A stretch of 64,000 nucleotides of DNA from the NCBI RefSeq assembly GCF_009914755.1, contig NC_060939.1; one strand, given 5' to 3'. Numbering within the stretch: the first letter of the stretch is position 1; each line of letters begins with the position of its first letter. A program made the translations under genes and the position numbers. Under the pieces are notes generated by a model. It was not told where the DNA came from. It was given only the letters and a program-made list of their open reading frames with translations, and searched no databases. Source of the stretch: the human T2T-CHM13v2.0 reference genome, Homo sapiens. Positions 29,701 to 50,228 of this stretch are shown here, one piece after another.

Positions 29701-31800
29701 TATATACAAATACAATAGATTTTGTATTTCGATCTTGTATCCTACAGTCTTGCTGAACTAACTTAATAGTTCTAGGAGTGTTCTTGTAGATTTCTTGAGA
29801 CTTTGTTAAGAATTTTATCTAGTGTCATGAGGGCTATTGGTCTGTAGTTTTCATTTTTGTGGTATTCCAGTTTTGGTATCAAAGTAATACTAGTTTCATA
29901 AAATGACTTGGGAATGTGCCCTCCTATTTTCTGGAAGAGTTTGCATAAAATTGCTGTTAATTCTGCTTTAAAAATTTGGTAGAATTTTCCAGTGAAACCA
30001 TCTGGACTTGTAGATTTTTGGGGGAGTTATTAAATTATAAATTCAATTTTCTTAAAGAAAAATCTCAACTGAATTTTCATTCAATAGTTCAGTTTGTTGT
30101 TGTTGTTGTTGTTGTTTTTCCCCCCCTTGGGACTTATCTTTGAGTCATGGATTATTCAGAAGAGTATTGTTTAGTTTCTGAGTGTTTAGAAAATTTTCTG
30201 TTATCTTTCTGTTGCTGATTTCTAGTTTGCTTTCATTGTGATTAGAGAAAATACTATGTATGATTTCAGTTCTTTCAAATTCGAGGTTTGTTTTACGGTT
30301 CAAGGCACAGTCTATCTTGGTATATGTTCTGTGTTTGCTTGAAAAGTTACTTTAAGTTCTAGGGTACATGTGCACAACGTTCAGGTTTGTTACATATGTA
30401 TACATGTGCCATGTTGATGTGCTGCACCCATTAACTCGTCATTTACATTAGGTATATCTCCTAATGCTATCCCTCTGCCGTCCCCCTACCCCACAACAGG
30501 CCCCAGTGTGTGATATTCCCCTTCCTGTTCCAAGTGTTCTCATTGTTCAATTCCCACCTATGAGTGAGAACATGCGGTGTTTGGTTTTCTGTCCTTGTGA
30601 TAGTTTGCTGAGAATGATGGTTTCCAGCTTCATCCATGTCCCTACAAAGGACGCGAACTCATCCTTTTTATGGCTGCATAGTATTCCATGGTGTATATGT
30701 GCCACATTTTCTTAATCCAGTCTATCATTGATGGACATTTGGGTTGGTTCCAAGTCTTTGCTATTGTGAATAAACATACGTGTGCATGTGTCTTTATAAC
30801 ACCGTGATTTATAATCCTTTGGGTATATACCCAGTAATGGGATGGCTGGATCAAATGGTATTTCTAGTTCTAGATCCTTGAGGAATAGCCACACTGTCTT
30901 CCACAATGGTTGAACTAGTTTACAGTCCCACCGACAGTGTGAAAGTGTTCCTGTTTCTCCACATTCTTTCCAGCACCTGTTGTTTCCTGACTTTTTAATG
31001 ATCACCATTCTAACTGGTGTGAGATGGTATCTCATTGTGGTTTTGATTAGCATTTCTCTGATGGCTGGTGATGATCTATTTTGCTTTTTCTGGGTGTTGT
31101 GTTCTATAAAGTCTGTTGTGATGGTGTTGTTCAGTTCTTCTATATCCTTGCTGATTCTTGGTCTAGTCCTATTAATTGTTGAGAGAAGGGTATTGACATC
31201 TTCAGTTCTGTGGCCTATACTGACACTATGAGGGGGTGGCTTGCTGAACAGTGGGGAAAATCCTGACTCCATCAGGCTTCCACTGACACACTCCCATCAG
31301 AGAAAGGCAGGGACACTGTATTTCTCCTTGGTGGAGGTGAGGTGCAGGCTCCCTGCCTAGTCTCCACTGACACTGCAGGGGAGTAGGCCTCTCTACAGCT
31401 CAGTGGGGATGAAAGTCCTGACTCCCCACTCAGTCTTCTCAGTTGCCACCCTGCTGGGGAATTTGGGGTACCTCTTGCAGCCTGGTGAGGGTAGAAGTCT
31501 TGATTCTCCACTCTGCCTTTGCTGGTGTGGGTGGGGCTGCAGATTTTTCTGTGTGGTATTTGGCTGGAGTAGGAGGGTTACTGTCTGAAACTTTTCTGTC
31601 CTCTTGGCTTATTGACTAGAGGGCAGGCTCCTGTTGGGGCTTTTTGTCTGTGCCCATTGGCATTTCCAGGTTCTGGCTCTCCACATCCAGTCTGAGGTAA
31701 ATGAGACAACAGATAATGTGCTGTATGTTTTATATGTAATATCAAGGGTTTTTAGTTATACTTAGTAGGAAGAATAGGGATAAATACATCTTCTCCATCT
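29701..31800 (-). mobile_element. Old L1M fragments (host of the L1PA piece)
   Basis: L1 ORF2-like and 5'-region-like degraded sequence. Confidence 0.7.
30348..31075 (-). mobile_element. L1PA (about PA4/5) 3' fragment without poly(A) tail
   Basis: Closely similar to 59980-60720; ORF2 C-terminus in ORF 30712-31272. Confidence 0.92.
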
Positions 31801-32074
31801 TCCCAGAAGCAGACATCCATTACCATTGGTTTTTGAACTGGGACTTATGTTACCTGTTCTTCTGGAGCTACCTTCCATTTTTTATAAAACCACCCTAAAA
31901 ATTATCATACTGTTTAAGGATTGAACTCATTTAGTCCTATTTCTTTTTCCTTCTCTTCTCTTCCTTCTTACTAGCTATACATTTTCCCTTGCTTATCACC
32001 CAGCCTCCTTTTCTTGCTGGTGCCGATATTATACCAAAGACATGAAATTATTCCATAAACACCATTTAGGAAAG

Positions 32075-32426
32075 TGTATTAGTCCATTCTCACACTGCTA
32101 TGAAGAAATATCCGAGACTGGGTAATTTATAAAGAAAAGAGGTTTAGTTGACTCACAGTTCCACATGGCTGGGGAGGCCTCAGGAAACTTAAAATCAAGG
32201 CAGAAGGCACCTCTTTACAGGGTGGCAGGAGAGAGAATGAAGCCAAGTGAAAGGGGAAGCCCTTCATAAAACCATGAGCTCTCATGAGAACTCACTATCA
32301 CAAGAGCAGCATGGGGGAAACTGCCCCCATGATTCAGTTATTTCCACCTGGTCCTGCCCTTGACATGTGGGGGATTATTACAATTCAAGGTGAGATTTGG
32401 GTGGGAGCACAGAGCCAACCATATCA
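32075..32426 (-). mobile_element. THE1-type MaLR solo LTR
   Basis: TGTATTAGTCCATTCTCAC...CCATATCA; TSD GAAAG/GAGAG. Confidence 0.88.
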
Positions 32427-32469
32427 GAGAGATTTCATACTTCCTGAATTATCAGTTTATTAATGATTC

Positions 32470-33245
32470 TGAAACAGGAAATTCCCCTTGACCCCTTTGT
32501 GGGCTTTGAGACGGGTGCTTCACTTACTCATCCTGTAGCTCTCAACCCCTCGCGGGAGGGTGAGCATGCAGGTGAGCGGGTGCAGGAGCCAGAGTGAGTT
32601 GCTTTTGGGCTCTGGCAGGAGCAAAACTCTGTATGGGCCCCATGGCAGCATCTAGTGGGGAGTACCCATGACTCCTGAAGCCCCGTTGAGCATGTTACAG
32701 TGCTCTTTTAGCTCTGTCATCAGCAGACGGCTTAAGTGTTAACAGCTCAGTGGGCCCTTTTGTATCTGCACTCACTCCTGAGCTCTCATCTGGTGTCCAG
32801 GAAAAATGAGGTCACACAAATGAATTGAAGGATGATAAATGCAGGGGATTTTGTTGCCAGTGAAAGTGGCTCTCGGCAGGAAGGGGAGCTGACAGGGGGA
32901 CTGGGGCAGTGAAGGTAATGTTCTCCAGAAGTCCAGCCGTCTCTGGCTGGATTCTTCTTTGAAGTTACGCTGTCAAGCTGTCCCTCTGAAGTAAAGCCGC
33001 TTCTCTCTGACATCCAGCTGCTTCTTCCTCTATGCTGGCTGAGTCTGGGGTCTTTATAGGCACAGGATGGGGCAGGGCAGGGCAGGGCCATGGGTGGTTT
33101 AGGAAAAGGCAACATTTGAATGGGAAAATAGGGATATAAGTTCTCACTTTGGGCCGTGGTCTCAGGCTTTCTGGCTTGCGGGTGGGGCTTCTCCAGGGAC
33201 CCCACCCTTTTCTGCCTAGAATTCCTCTGCCTCCTGTCCCTATCC
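32470..33245 (-). mobile_element. ERV1 solo LTR (LTR27/LTR28/MER52 group)
   Basis: Minus strand begins GATAGGGACAGGAGGCAGAGGAATTCTAGGCAGAAAAG; 4-bp TSD ATTC. Confidence 0.75.
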
Positions 33246-33283
33246 ATTCTTTCACTTACAGGATTGTATGTCACCTAAGTTAG

Positions 33284-33610
<327 letters not shown>

Positions 33611-33611
33611 A

Positions 33612-33795
33612 ATAAGTGTTTCTTAAAGTCTCTTCTGTGGAATGTCTACATCAGAATCAGCTGATGCATATTCAAATGTATATTCTCGGGGACCACAGAC
33701 ATACTAAATCAGAATATCTGGGGGTGGAGCCTAGAAATCTGTATTTTTAATGAAACACCTTAAGTGCCTCTTACTACGTGTAGTAAGAACCATCA
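33612..33795. mobile_element. MER5A hAT-Charlie
   Basis: CATCAGAATCA...AAATCAGAATATCTGGGGGTGGAGCC...ATCTGTATTTTTAA. Confidence 0.75.
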
Positions 33796-34130
33796 TTACA
33801 TGAGAACCATCAATAAGTGCTTACTGGAAAATAATAACAGGATGTGATAGTGCTTATAAAAACCAACAACCAACTCCAGAAGTTCAGAAACTTGTAAAGG
33901 TATGCTGCTTTATATATTGTTAATGACAATGATGGGGAAAGCCATTTTGAATTATTGGTATAATTTTGAACCTAAAATATACAGTTGTATCTTTAATAAT
34001 TTTTTCACCATGAGAGGATGTTTAATCTACTTTAAATTCACTCTAGCAGTAGGTACTTTGTTTAGATTTTAGTATAGTCTACTGTATAACTTGATATTTC
34101 TATATGAATATCTCTTTGTTTTATTTACAG

Positions 34131-34433
34131 GTATTAGGGGAATATTCCTACCTCTTAGATAAGGAAACGCCAGAGGAAGTTATAGCTAAGCTCTACAAGT
34201 TACTTATGAATGACTCTGTGTCTTCAGAAACAAAAGCCTGGTTAATTGCTGCTGTGACCAAATTGACATCTCAGGCGCACTCTTCTAATACAGTTGAGAG
34301 ATTAATCCATGAATTTACCATATCTTTGGATACTTGTATGAGACAACATGCATTTGAATTAAAACATTTGCATGAGAATGTGGAACTTATGAAGAGCTTG
34401 CTTCCAGTTGACAGGAGTTGTGAAGACTTGGTG
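34131..34433 (+). CDS. AP4E1: AP4E1 coding exon (exon 14; VLGEYSYLL...SCEDLV)
   Basis: tacag|GTA acceptor, GTG|gtaaga donor; 303 nt; WVLGEY adaptin motif spans the junction. Confidence 0.97.
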
Positions 34434-34510
34434 GTAAGACATTGGTGTTCCATCTTTTTAAAAATTGCGTTGTCATTAAACAGAGTAATTCTTGCATTTG
34501 TGACATATCA

Positions 34511-39490
<4,980 letters not shown>

Positions 39491-39600
39491 AAGAGAAATT
39501 CCTCAATTATTCTGTATTAAAAGAGACTGTCACAGGATATAAATATCTTCACTGCAGTTTTCCAGAAGAGACACTCTTATTCCTATTTAGAATCAGTACT

Positions 39601-39631
39601 GGATTACAGGCGTGAGCCACCACTCCTGGCC
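39601..39631 (-). mobile_element. Isolated 31-nt Alu 5' head
   Basis: Reverse complement GGCCAGGAGTGGTGGCTCACGCCTGTAATCC. Confidence 0.88.
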
Positions 39632-40409
39632 AGGTTGAATCTCTTTGAGGCGCTTTGAGCTTCCTGCATATGGATGTCTGTATCTCTTGCAAGACTTGGG
39701 AAGTTTTTAGCTATTATTTTTCAATTAGGTTTTCTGTGCCTTCACCCATTTTGTCTTTAAACTCTCAAAATTCAAATATTTGTTTGCTTTATGTTGTCTC
39801 ATATGTCATGTATGCTTTCTTTGTTTTATTTATTTATTTTTGTCTGGTTTATTTCAAAGACATGTCTTCAAATTTGGAGTCTCAGTCTATTGTTGAAGCT
39901 CTTGGTTATACTTTTTATTTCATTCATTGAATTCTTCAGTTCTATGAGTTCTGTTTGTTTCTTATTTATGATGTCTACCTCTGTTGAATTTCTCATTCAG
40001 ATCATGAATTGTTTTCTTGATTTATTTTTGTTTTGTTTATCTGTGTTCTCTTGTATCTTTTGAGTTTCCTTAAGATCATTATTTTGATTTTTTTTTCAAG
40101 CATTTTATATATTTCCTTTTTTTGGGATCTGTCACTGGAGAGTTATTGTGTTCCTTTGGAGGTTTTGTTTCTTTGCTTTTTTATTTTTCTTGTGTCCTCA
40201 CATTGACATATGTGTATCTGGTATCATAGCAGTTGGTTCTAAGTTTATACATTCCTTTTAGTAGGGAAAGACCTCTCCCTGTAGATGTATCTGTGGTGTT
40301 GGTTAATAAGGTGCTTGGGCTTTGATTCTGGATGGGCACAGTAGTATATTTTCCAGATGATTTCTTCAACTGTAATCATAATCAGTGATGTCTGTGAGTT
40401 CCTCAGTGG

Positions 40410-40592
40410 TGATATGGTTTGGATCTCCCGCCCAAATCTCAAGTTGAATTGTAATCCCCAGCGTTGGAGGTAGGGCCTGGTGGGAGTTGTTTGGGTTATG
40501 AAGGCAGATACCTCATGGCTTGGTGCTGTCCTCGTGATAGAGAGTGAGTTCTTGAGAGATCTGGTTATTGTAAAGTATAACACCTCCCCCTA

Positions 40593-40634
<42 letters not shown>

Positions 40635-40859
40635 GACTTTCCCTTTCGCTCCTGCTTTCGCCATGTGATGTGCTTGCTTCTGCTTTACCTTCCTCCATAA
40701 GTAAAAGCTTCTGAGGCCTTACAAGAGCTGAACAGATGCCGGTATCATGCTTCTTGTACAGCCTGCAGATCCGCGAGTCAATGAAACCTATTTTTTTTTT
40801 CTTATAAATTACCCAGTCTCAAGTGTTTCTTTATAGCAGTGCAAGAACGGACTAATAGA
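40410..40859 (+). mobile_element. MSTA-like MaLR solo LTR
   Basis: TGATATGGTTTGGATC...GAACGGACTAATA. Confidence 0.85.
40594..40632. repeat. (CA)19 microsatellite
   Basis: Uninterrupted CA run. Confidence 0.95.
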
Positions 40860-41109
40860 ATGGCTTAGGCTGTGGTTGTTAGTGGAGGCTGTAGAAAGGC
40901 TTTGCTGAGGATAGAACATTAGGTGAGTTGATCCTTGTGCACCACTGGTAGCAATGGTTGGCTGGGCATAATGGTTGTCAGATCCCTGGGCAGTGTGTAT
41001 GGGTCCTGGCAGTGGCAGGATTGGGTGTGCCAGTCCTTGGGCCTCCAAAGATGGCATGTGCACATGCTGGTGGTGGCAGCAGTGGGGTGCACACAAATTG
41101 ATTTTTAGT

Positions 41110-41315
41110 AGCGATTCATGAATCGGGCAATATCTCATTAGTATTATTCCACATTTTCTCCTTGATTTGTGTTAGCTTACTGGTTTATTATAAACTATAT
41201 TGCAGAGGATACAGAGGAAGGAGATGCATAGGACAAGCTATGGAGGAAGGTTTTCGGAGCTTTTATACTCTCCGTGGCCATACCACTTTTCAGGAACCTC
41301 CACGTTTGGCTATCT
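41110..41315. mobile_element. MER21-like LTR fragment
   Basis: GGATACAGAGGAAGGAGATGCATAGG...CAGGAACCTCCACGT. Confidence 0.6.
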
Positions 41316-41562
41316 TCTTTTAATCTTCTTTGAAATTCTGTGTCATTTTATTCCTCCTCTATTTGAGAATCCAAAAAAGTGGTTTTCCCTTTTATTTTGT
41401 CAATCTACTTGTTAAAGTCTTCACCATTTTGGAGCTTGATCATCCACCTTTTAGTTTCACACCTACTTTTTGCCACCACCCCTTTTAACCCAAAGTTCTC
41501 ACTTAATACTCACTCTCTTTATTTCATATCATGATCTCCCTCAGGTGTAAATTAGAAAACTT

Positions 41563-41858
41563 TCTTTTTTTTTTTGAGACGGAGTCTTGCTCTGCCACCC
41601 AGGCTGGAGTGTAGTGGCATGATCTTGGCTGACTGTAACCTCTGCCTCCCGGGTTCAAGTGATTCTTCTGCCTCAGCTTCCTGAGTAGCTGGGACTACAG
41701 GTGCGCGCCACCACGCCTGGCTAATTTTTTCTGTAATTTTAGTATAGACAGGGTGTCACCATATTGGCCAGGCTGGTCTCAAACTCCTGACCTAGTGATC
41801 CACCCACCTTGGCCTCCCAAAGTGCTGGGATTACAGATGTGAGCCACCGCACCTGGTC
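41563..41858 (-). mobile_element. Alu
   Basis: TSD TAGAAAACTTTC. Confidence 0.95.
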
Positions 41859-42171
41859 TAGAAAACTTTCAAAGGTAATTAGAATTATTCATATTAGCTG
41901 AGAAAGAGAAAATAAAGGTTATTATTTCCACTAATTTTGACTCAGATTTTCATGGCTTGTATTCATTTTGAACATTTCTTCATTAGTTCTTTCAGTAGTT
42001 CCTCAAGGGCAGAGGCCTTGTTTTAGTATTTGGTGGGCATTCCAGAGATGTTTATTGAAATGATGAATGAATATGCTACACACAGTATTATATTAGGGAG
42101 TAACTACACTTCCGTTTTCCTCCAATAAAAAATAATGATGTTGACATAGCCTCAGCCTCATCTCAAGAATC

Positions 42172-42489
<318 letters not shown>

Positions 42490-42826
42490 TAAGTGAAACC
42501 TTTCCAGATTCAGAGAGTGAGGTGCCATTTTTATGTTTGATAATTATTTGCTATTCTAAATTATCTGAGCTATTTGTATATACTTGCTAAATCAGGAGAG
42601 GCAAGTCTTTGGTTTCTGAGGTCATCACTGCTCTCTCCACTTGTTTATCTATCATTTTTGTTCATCTCCTTCTTTTCTCCTTTCCCTGTCATTCTTTCTT
42701 CATCTCTTATCATTTATTCATTAAAAATTATTCTCCTAACGCTTTTCCTGGTGAAATTAAGTAATTTTCCATAGATTTGTGAAAAAGCATTTTCAGTTTA
42801 TATTAGGATAGTTAAATCAAAGGCAC

Positions 42827-43204
42827 TGTGGGAGGCTGAATAATGGCCCTTGCAGAGATGTCCATGACTTAATCTCTGGAATTTGTGCTTGTTACCTTAA
42901 ACATTGAAGGGAACTTGGTAGATGTGATGAAATTAAATATTTTGTGATGGGGCAGTTATCCTAGATTATGTAGCTAGGCATGATATAATCACAAGGATCC
43001 TTACAAAAGTGAAGCAAGAGGTTAGAGAGGAGAAGGCGAAGTAACAACAAAAGCAGAGATTGGAATGATAGGGCCACAAATCAAGGAATGTTGGCAGTCT
43101 CTAAAAGCTGAAAGAAACAAGAAACAGATTCCCCTGGTACATCCAGAAGGAAGCAGCCCTGCCAAAGCCTTGATTTTAGCCCCCTGCAGCAGGAAACCAA
43201 TACA
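42827..43204 (+). mobile_element. MLT1D-like LTR
   Basis: TGTGGGAGGCTGAATAATGGCCC...GGAAACCAATACA. Confidence 0.75.
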
Positions 43205-43464
43205 GTTACCATATCTTGTAGTATATATGTCTGTTTCTTCTGGTGGGTTACAGTTCTGCTCAGGGTAGGAGCTGTGTCTTCCTTTGTCTCAATTATAGAA
43301 CCTAACAGGATGCCGTAACATATTTGATGCTCAAAAATATATTCTCCACTGCAGTGAAATTAATAGTAAGTGCAAATGATTTATATTGTTAGATTCTTAG
43401 GCAGGTGATCTGATTATAGATGTTTCAGAAAGCTAGAGAGTTGGGTAGCATTTTCATTCATTCA

Positions 43465-43757
43465 TTTTTTGAGACAGAATCTTGTTCTGTTGCCCAGGCT
43501 GAAGTACAGTGGCACAGTCTCGGCTCACTGCAACCTCTGCCTTCTGGGTTCAAGCAGTTCTGCTGCAGTCTCCCGGGTGGTGGCTGTGCTGGGACTACAG
43601 CTGCGTGACACCATGCCAAGCTAATTTTTTTGTATTTTTAGTAGAGATGGGGTTTTGCCATGTTGGCGAGGCTGGTCTCAAACTCCTGGCCTCAAGTGAT
43701 CCGCCCATTTCAGCCTTCCAAAGTTCTGGGATTACAGTCATGAGCCACCATGCCTGG
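43465..43757 (-). mobile_element. Alu
   Basis: TSD GGTAGCATTTT. Confidence 0.9.
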
Positions 43758-43902
43758 CTGTGGTAGCATTTTTAGAACTGAAGTTTTCATTTCTCATTTA
43801 GAATTTTAAAAAATATATATGGGCTGAAATTATTTATGTGACTATATAATCTACTTAGGATAAATTTATTTAATTCCTAATTTTTGCTTAATTTTAATAT
43901 AG

Positions 43903-44017
43903 GTAGATGCTTCTTTATCTTTTCTGGATGGTTTTGTGGCTGAAGGACTCAGTCAGGGTGCAGCGCCTTACAAACCTCCCCATCAACGCCAGGAGGAAAA
44001 GCTTTCTCAGGAAAAAG
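43903..44017 (+). CDS. AP4E1: AP4E1 coding exon (exon 15; VDASLSFLDGFV...LSQEK)
   Basis: tatag|GTA acceptor, G|gtaatt donor; 115 nt. Confidence 0.95.
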
Positions 44018-44210
44018 GTAATTTTTCATGGATTTATGATAAGCTAGAGTGTAGGGATGTAATTTTTGATATTATAGTCATGTAAGTAAATAAATAAAGA
44101 TATTTACTTTCTATTATTTCTCTTTAATGATTCACTTGTGATTTGTTTGCCGTGACTAGGTTTTCAGATATCCAGAGGAAAAAAAAAAGTTAGCCAAGAG
44201 ATATTGCTAA

Positions 44211-44557
<347 letters not shown>

Positions 44558-44630
44558 ATTATACTGAAATTTTGAGGAACTTTTTTTTTTTGATAATATA
44601 TTTATTAACATAATGATCTTTATGGGAAAC

Positions 44631-44996
44631 TTTTTTTTCTTCTTCTTTTTTTTTAATTTACACTTTTAAGTTCAGGGGTACAAGTGCAGGTTTGTTACAT
44701 AGGTAAACTTGTATCATGGGAGTTTATTGTACAGCTTATTTCATCACCCAGGTATTAAGCCTAGTACCCATTAGTTTTCCTGATCCTCACCCTCCTCTCA
44801 CCCTCCACCCTCTGAAAGGCCCCAGCATGTATTGTTTCCCTCTATGTGTCCATGTGTTTTCATCATTTAGCTCCCACTTTTAAGCGAGAACATGCGGTAT
44901 TTGGCTTTCTGTTCCTGCATTAATTTGCTAAGGATGGCCTCCAGCTCCATCCAGGTCCCTGCAAAAGACATGATCTCATTCTTTTTTATGGCTACA
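44631..44996 (-). mobile_element. L1PA 3'UTR fragment
   Basis: L1PA 3'UTR motifs and T-tail. Confidence 0.85.
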
Positions 44997-45232
44997 TGAA
45001 AGAACTTGAAGGTGGGAGTATCATGTTGTTCACTGTGCTGGTAGGTTGACACATATTAGTCTGAGCATATCTGTGGAAAAGTTTCAGAAAACAACCCTGG
45101 TTACTATGGACTAGTGAGCTTCATTTTTATTTTGAGCAGTCTTTATTTTTAAATTTTATTTTCTTAATTGACAAATAATTATACATATTCATGGGGAATA
45201 TAGTGATGTTTCAATCCTTGTATAGTGTTTAG

Positions 45233-45603
<371 letters not shown>

Positions 45604-47827
45604 ACATTCAATATCTTTCTTCTAGTTTTTGAGACTATGTGATACTTTATTATTAAACCATAGTAATTCTATAGTGGTCTAGAACTTATTTCTTCTATCT
45701 AGCTGTAATTTTTTATCCTTTACCCTATTCTTCCCTTACCCCTACCTTTCCTAGCGCCTAGTATCCTCTATTCTAATTTTTACTTCTATGAGATCAGTTT
45801 TCTTTAGCTTCCACATATGAGAGAGAACATGTGGTGTTTAACTTTCTGTTCCTGACTTATTTCACTTAATATAATGTCCTTTGGTTTCATCCATGTTGCC
45901 ATGAATGACAGGATTTCATTTGTTTTTATGGCTGAATAGTATTTCACTTTGTATATAATACCACATCATTTTCTTTATCCATTCATCTGTTGTTGGACAC
46001 CTAGGCTGATTCCATATTAGATTGATTCCATATCTTGGCTACTTTGAATAGTGCTCTGCAGTAAACATTGAAGTGCTAGATAATTCGTTCAATACTGAAA
46101 GTGCAGTTTTTTGAAGCCCCCAACTATTACTGAATCAGGTTCTTTCTCCCTTTGGGTCTAATATTTGCTTTATATATTTGGATGCTCTGGTGTTGGGTAC
46201 ATATATATTTATAATTGTTATATTCTTTTTATGAATTGATCCCTTTATTGTACAGTGTCTTTCTTTGTCTCCTTTTACAGCTTTTAACTTAAAATCTGTT
46301 TTGTTTGTTATTAGTATAGTGACTTCTGCTTACTTTTGGTTTCTATTTGTCTGGAACGTCTTTTTCCAACCCCCCACTTTCAGTCTGTGTGTCTTTAGAG
46401 GTGAGGTGAGTTTCTTGTAGGCAGTGTATTGTTGAGTCTTGTTTTTTGAAAATCCAGGCAGTGATTCTGTATCTTTTAAGTGGGGGAATTTGATCCATTT
46501 ACATTCAAGGTTATTATTGATGGGCGAGGATTTGCTGCTATCATTTTATTGATTGTTTTCTGGGTATTTTACATATGCTTTGTTCCTTACTTCCTCTCTT
46601 ATTGTTTATTTTTGTAGTTGGGTGCTTTTCTTCAGTGATAAGGTTTGATTCCTTTCTTTTTCTCATTTGTGTTTCAGCACTACCAGTGAGTTTTATAGTT
46701 TTGAATGTTTTCATAATGGTAGTTATTGTCTTTTCACTTCCAGACTCCCTGGAGCATTTCATGTAAGGGTGGTCTACTGGTGATGAAGTTCTTGATTTTG
46801 GTTGTCTGTGAAAGATCTTATTTCCCCTTTATTTCTGAAGGATAGCTTTGCTGGATATGATATTCATGCTGTTTTTTCTTTTTCTTTTTTCTTTTAGTAC
46901 TTTGAATATATCATCCCATTTTCTCCTGGCCTCTAAGGTTTCTGCTGAGAAATCCAGCTGTTAGCCTAATGGGGATTCCCTTATATGTGACTTGATGCTT
47001 TTCTCTTGCTGCTTTCAAAATTCTTTGTCTTTGACTTTTGACAGTTTGACTAAAATGTGCCACAAAAAGGACCTGCTTGGGGTTGAATCTGTTTGGGGTT
47101 CTTTGAGCTTCCTGGACTAGGATGTTCTGTCTTCCAAGACTTGGAAAGTTTCCTGCTATTATTTCATTAATTATTTTCTTCATATCTTCCCTTCTCTTCT
47201 CCTTCTGAAATGCCCATAATACAAACATTTATTTGCTTAATGGTGTCCCACAAATCCTGTAGGCTTTCTTCATTTTTTTAAAAATTATTTTTTCTTTTTT
47301 TTTGTCTTCCTGTGTTATTTCAAAAGACCTGTCTTCAACTTTAGAAATTATTTCTTCTGCTTTCTAATGTGTTGTTGAAGCTCTTATGTGTATATTTTAT
47401 TTCATTTATTGAATTCTTCAGCTCTAGGATTTCTGTTTGGTTCTTTTTTATGATATCTGTTTCTTTGTTGAATTTCTTGTTCAAATAATGTATCATTTTC
47501 CTGATTTCATTGAATTGTCTGTCTGTATTCTCTTGTATCTCACTGAGTTTCCTTAATATTGTTATTTTGAATTCCTTTTCTGGAATTTCATACATTTCCT
47601 TATGATTAGGGGTCTGTTACTAGAAATTTATTATTTTCCTTTGGTAGTGACATGTTTCTTTTTTCATGGTTGATTTGTTCCTATGTTGATTTGTATGAAT
47701 CTGGTGGAAAAGTTGGCTCTTTCAATTTTATGTAGTGCAGTTTAAAGGGAAAGACTTATTTGTATAAATGGGTCTTATTTGTATAAATGTTCAGTAGGGT
47801 ACTAAGGCCTTGGTGGTGGACGTGTAG

Positions 47828-48184
<357 letters not shown>

Positions 48185-49609
48185 TAGTGGTATTTGTGAG
48201 TTTCTCAGTGGCCCAGGCTGAGTTTGTGGTGATGGTGGTGTGGCTTCACCAAGGGTGGGTTTCCCAGCCTGTTTTCAAGTTTTGGATATGTGCATGTACA
48301 CAGTGAGTCAGCCAACTTGGGTTCTGGCTTACTGAGGTTGGGGCCATGGAGCTGTTACTCTGGCTGGGAAGCATGGGCATGTAGTTGCCTAGCCAGCCTG
48401 AGGACATGTCTGCCAAGAGTAGCCTATGGGGCTGTTTCTTAGGCTCATGATGTGGGTGCAAGGCTGTTTGGCTGGCCTTGGGGATGGGGGGCATGTCTTC
48501 TGAGGGTAGCCCTATGGGGATGTTTCTCTCACACAGGACACAGCCACATGGCTCTGAGCAGTCTAATATTTCTCAAGTGTATTAGAATTCTTCGTTCAAC
48601 AAAATATCTGATGATTTAAGTTAGAAACAGCTAATAAAGGAAAGAGTAACTTTGTACTTAAGAAATGCAGCCTGTTGGGAAAATACGTCTGTCATGATTT
48701 TGGTAAAGGGGAAATCATTGAGTTATTTGGATGGTAGAAGGGAAGTATGCATATGAATAAAGGGAGATCAGTGAATAAATATATTATCTGTTTATGAGTT
48801 CAGAATGTCAATACTGAAAAATTCAGTGCTGAAAGGTTTTTCTTTTTTTTCCTATTTGTCCTTTAATGATTTTGTTGAGTACTTATTTTCCAGGCTGTGT
48901 GCTAGGCATATTGAGTTAAGACAACAACTAAACTGTTGATCCTAGAATGAGACCAAAAAGTTATGAACATTATTAATAGGCCTGATGTTCTCTTTTTCCA
49001 GAAGCATTTGCTCTTTTTTGCCTTTTATCTTTTTAAATCTTTTTATTATTTTATTTTATTGTGGTTAAGAACCTTAACTGGAGGTCTCTCCTCTTAACAA
49101 ATTTTTAAGTGTATAATACGTTATGATTGACTGTAGATACAATGTTGTACAGCAGATCTCTAGCACTTATTCATCTTGTTTAACTAAAACTTCATGCCCA
49201 TTGATTGGTAAGTCCCCATTTCTCTCTCCCCTTAGCCTCTGGCAGCAACCAGTCCATTCCTCAATCCTATGAATTTGACCTTTTAGGTACCTCATAAAAG
49301 TGGACCCATGCAATATTTTTTTGTGCCTTACTTATTTCACTTAGCATAATATTCTTAAGTTTCATCTATGTTGTCGTATATTGCAGAATTTTCTTCGTTT
49401 TCAAAGTTTAATAGTATTCCATTGTATATGTATATGACATCATCTTTATCCATTCACCTACTGATGAACATTTAAGTTGTTTTCACGTCTTGGTTATTAT
49501 GAATAGTGCTGCAGTGAACATGGGAATGCTAATATCTCTTTTGGATCCTGATTTCAATTATTTGGGATAAATACCCACCCGGAAGTGAGATTGTTGGAGC
49601 ATATAGTAG

Positions 49610-50228
<619 letters not shown>

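Larger units (their letters stand above)
39632..41100 (-). mobile_element. 5' part (5'UTR/ORF1) of the same L1MA, interrupted by an MST LTR
   Basis: Colinear with the L1 at 47080-48500. Confidence 0.85.

Noticed and set aside
32786-33274. 162-aa minus-strand ORF
   Set aside because: Lies almost entirely within an ERV1 LTR; no recognisable protein similarity.
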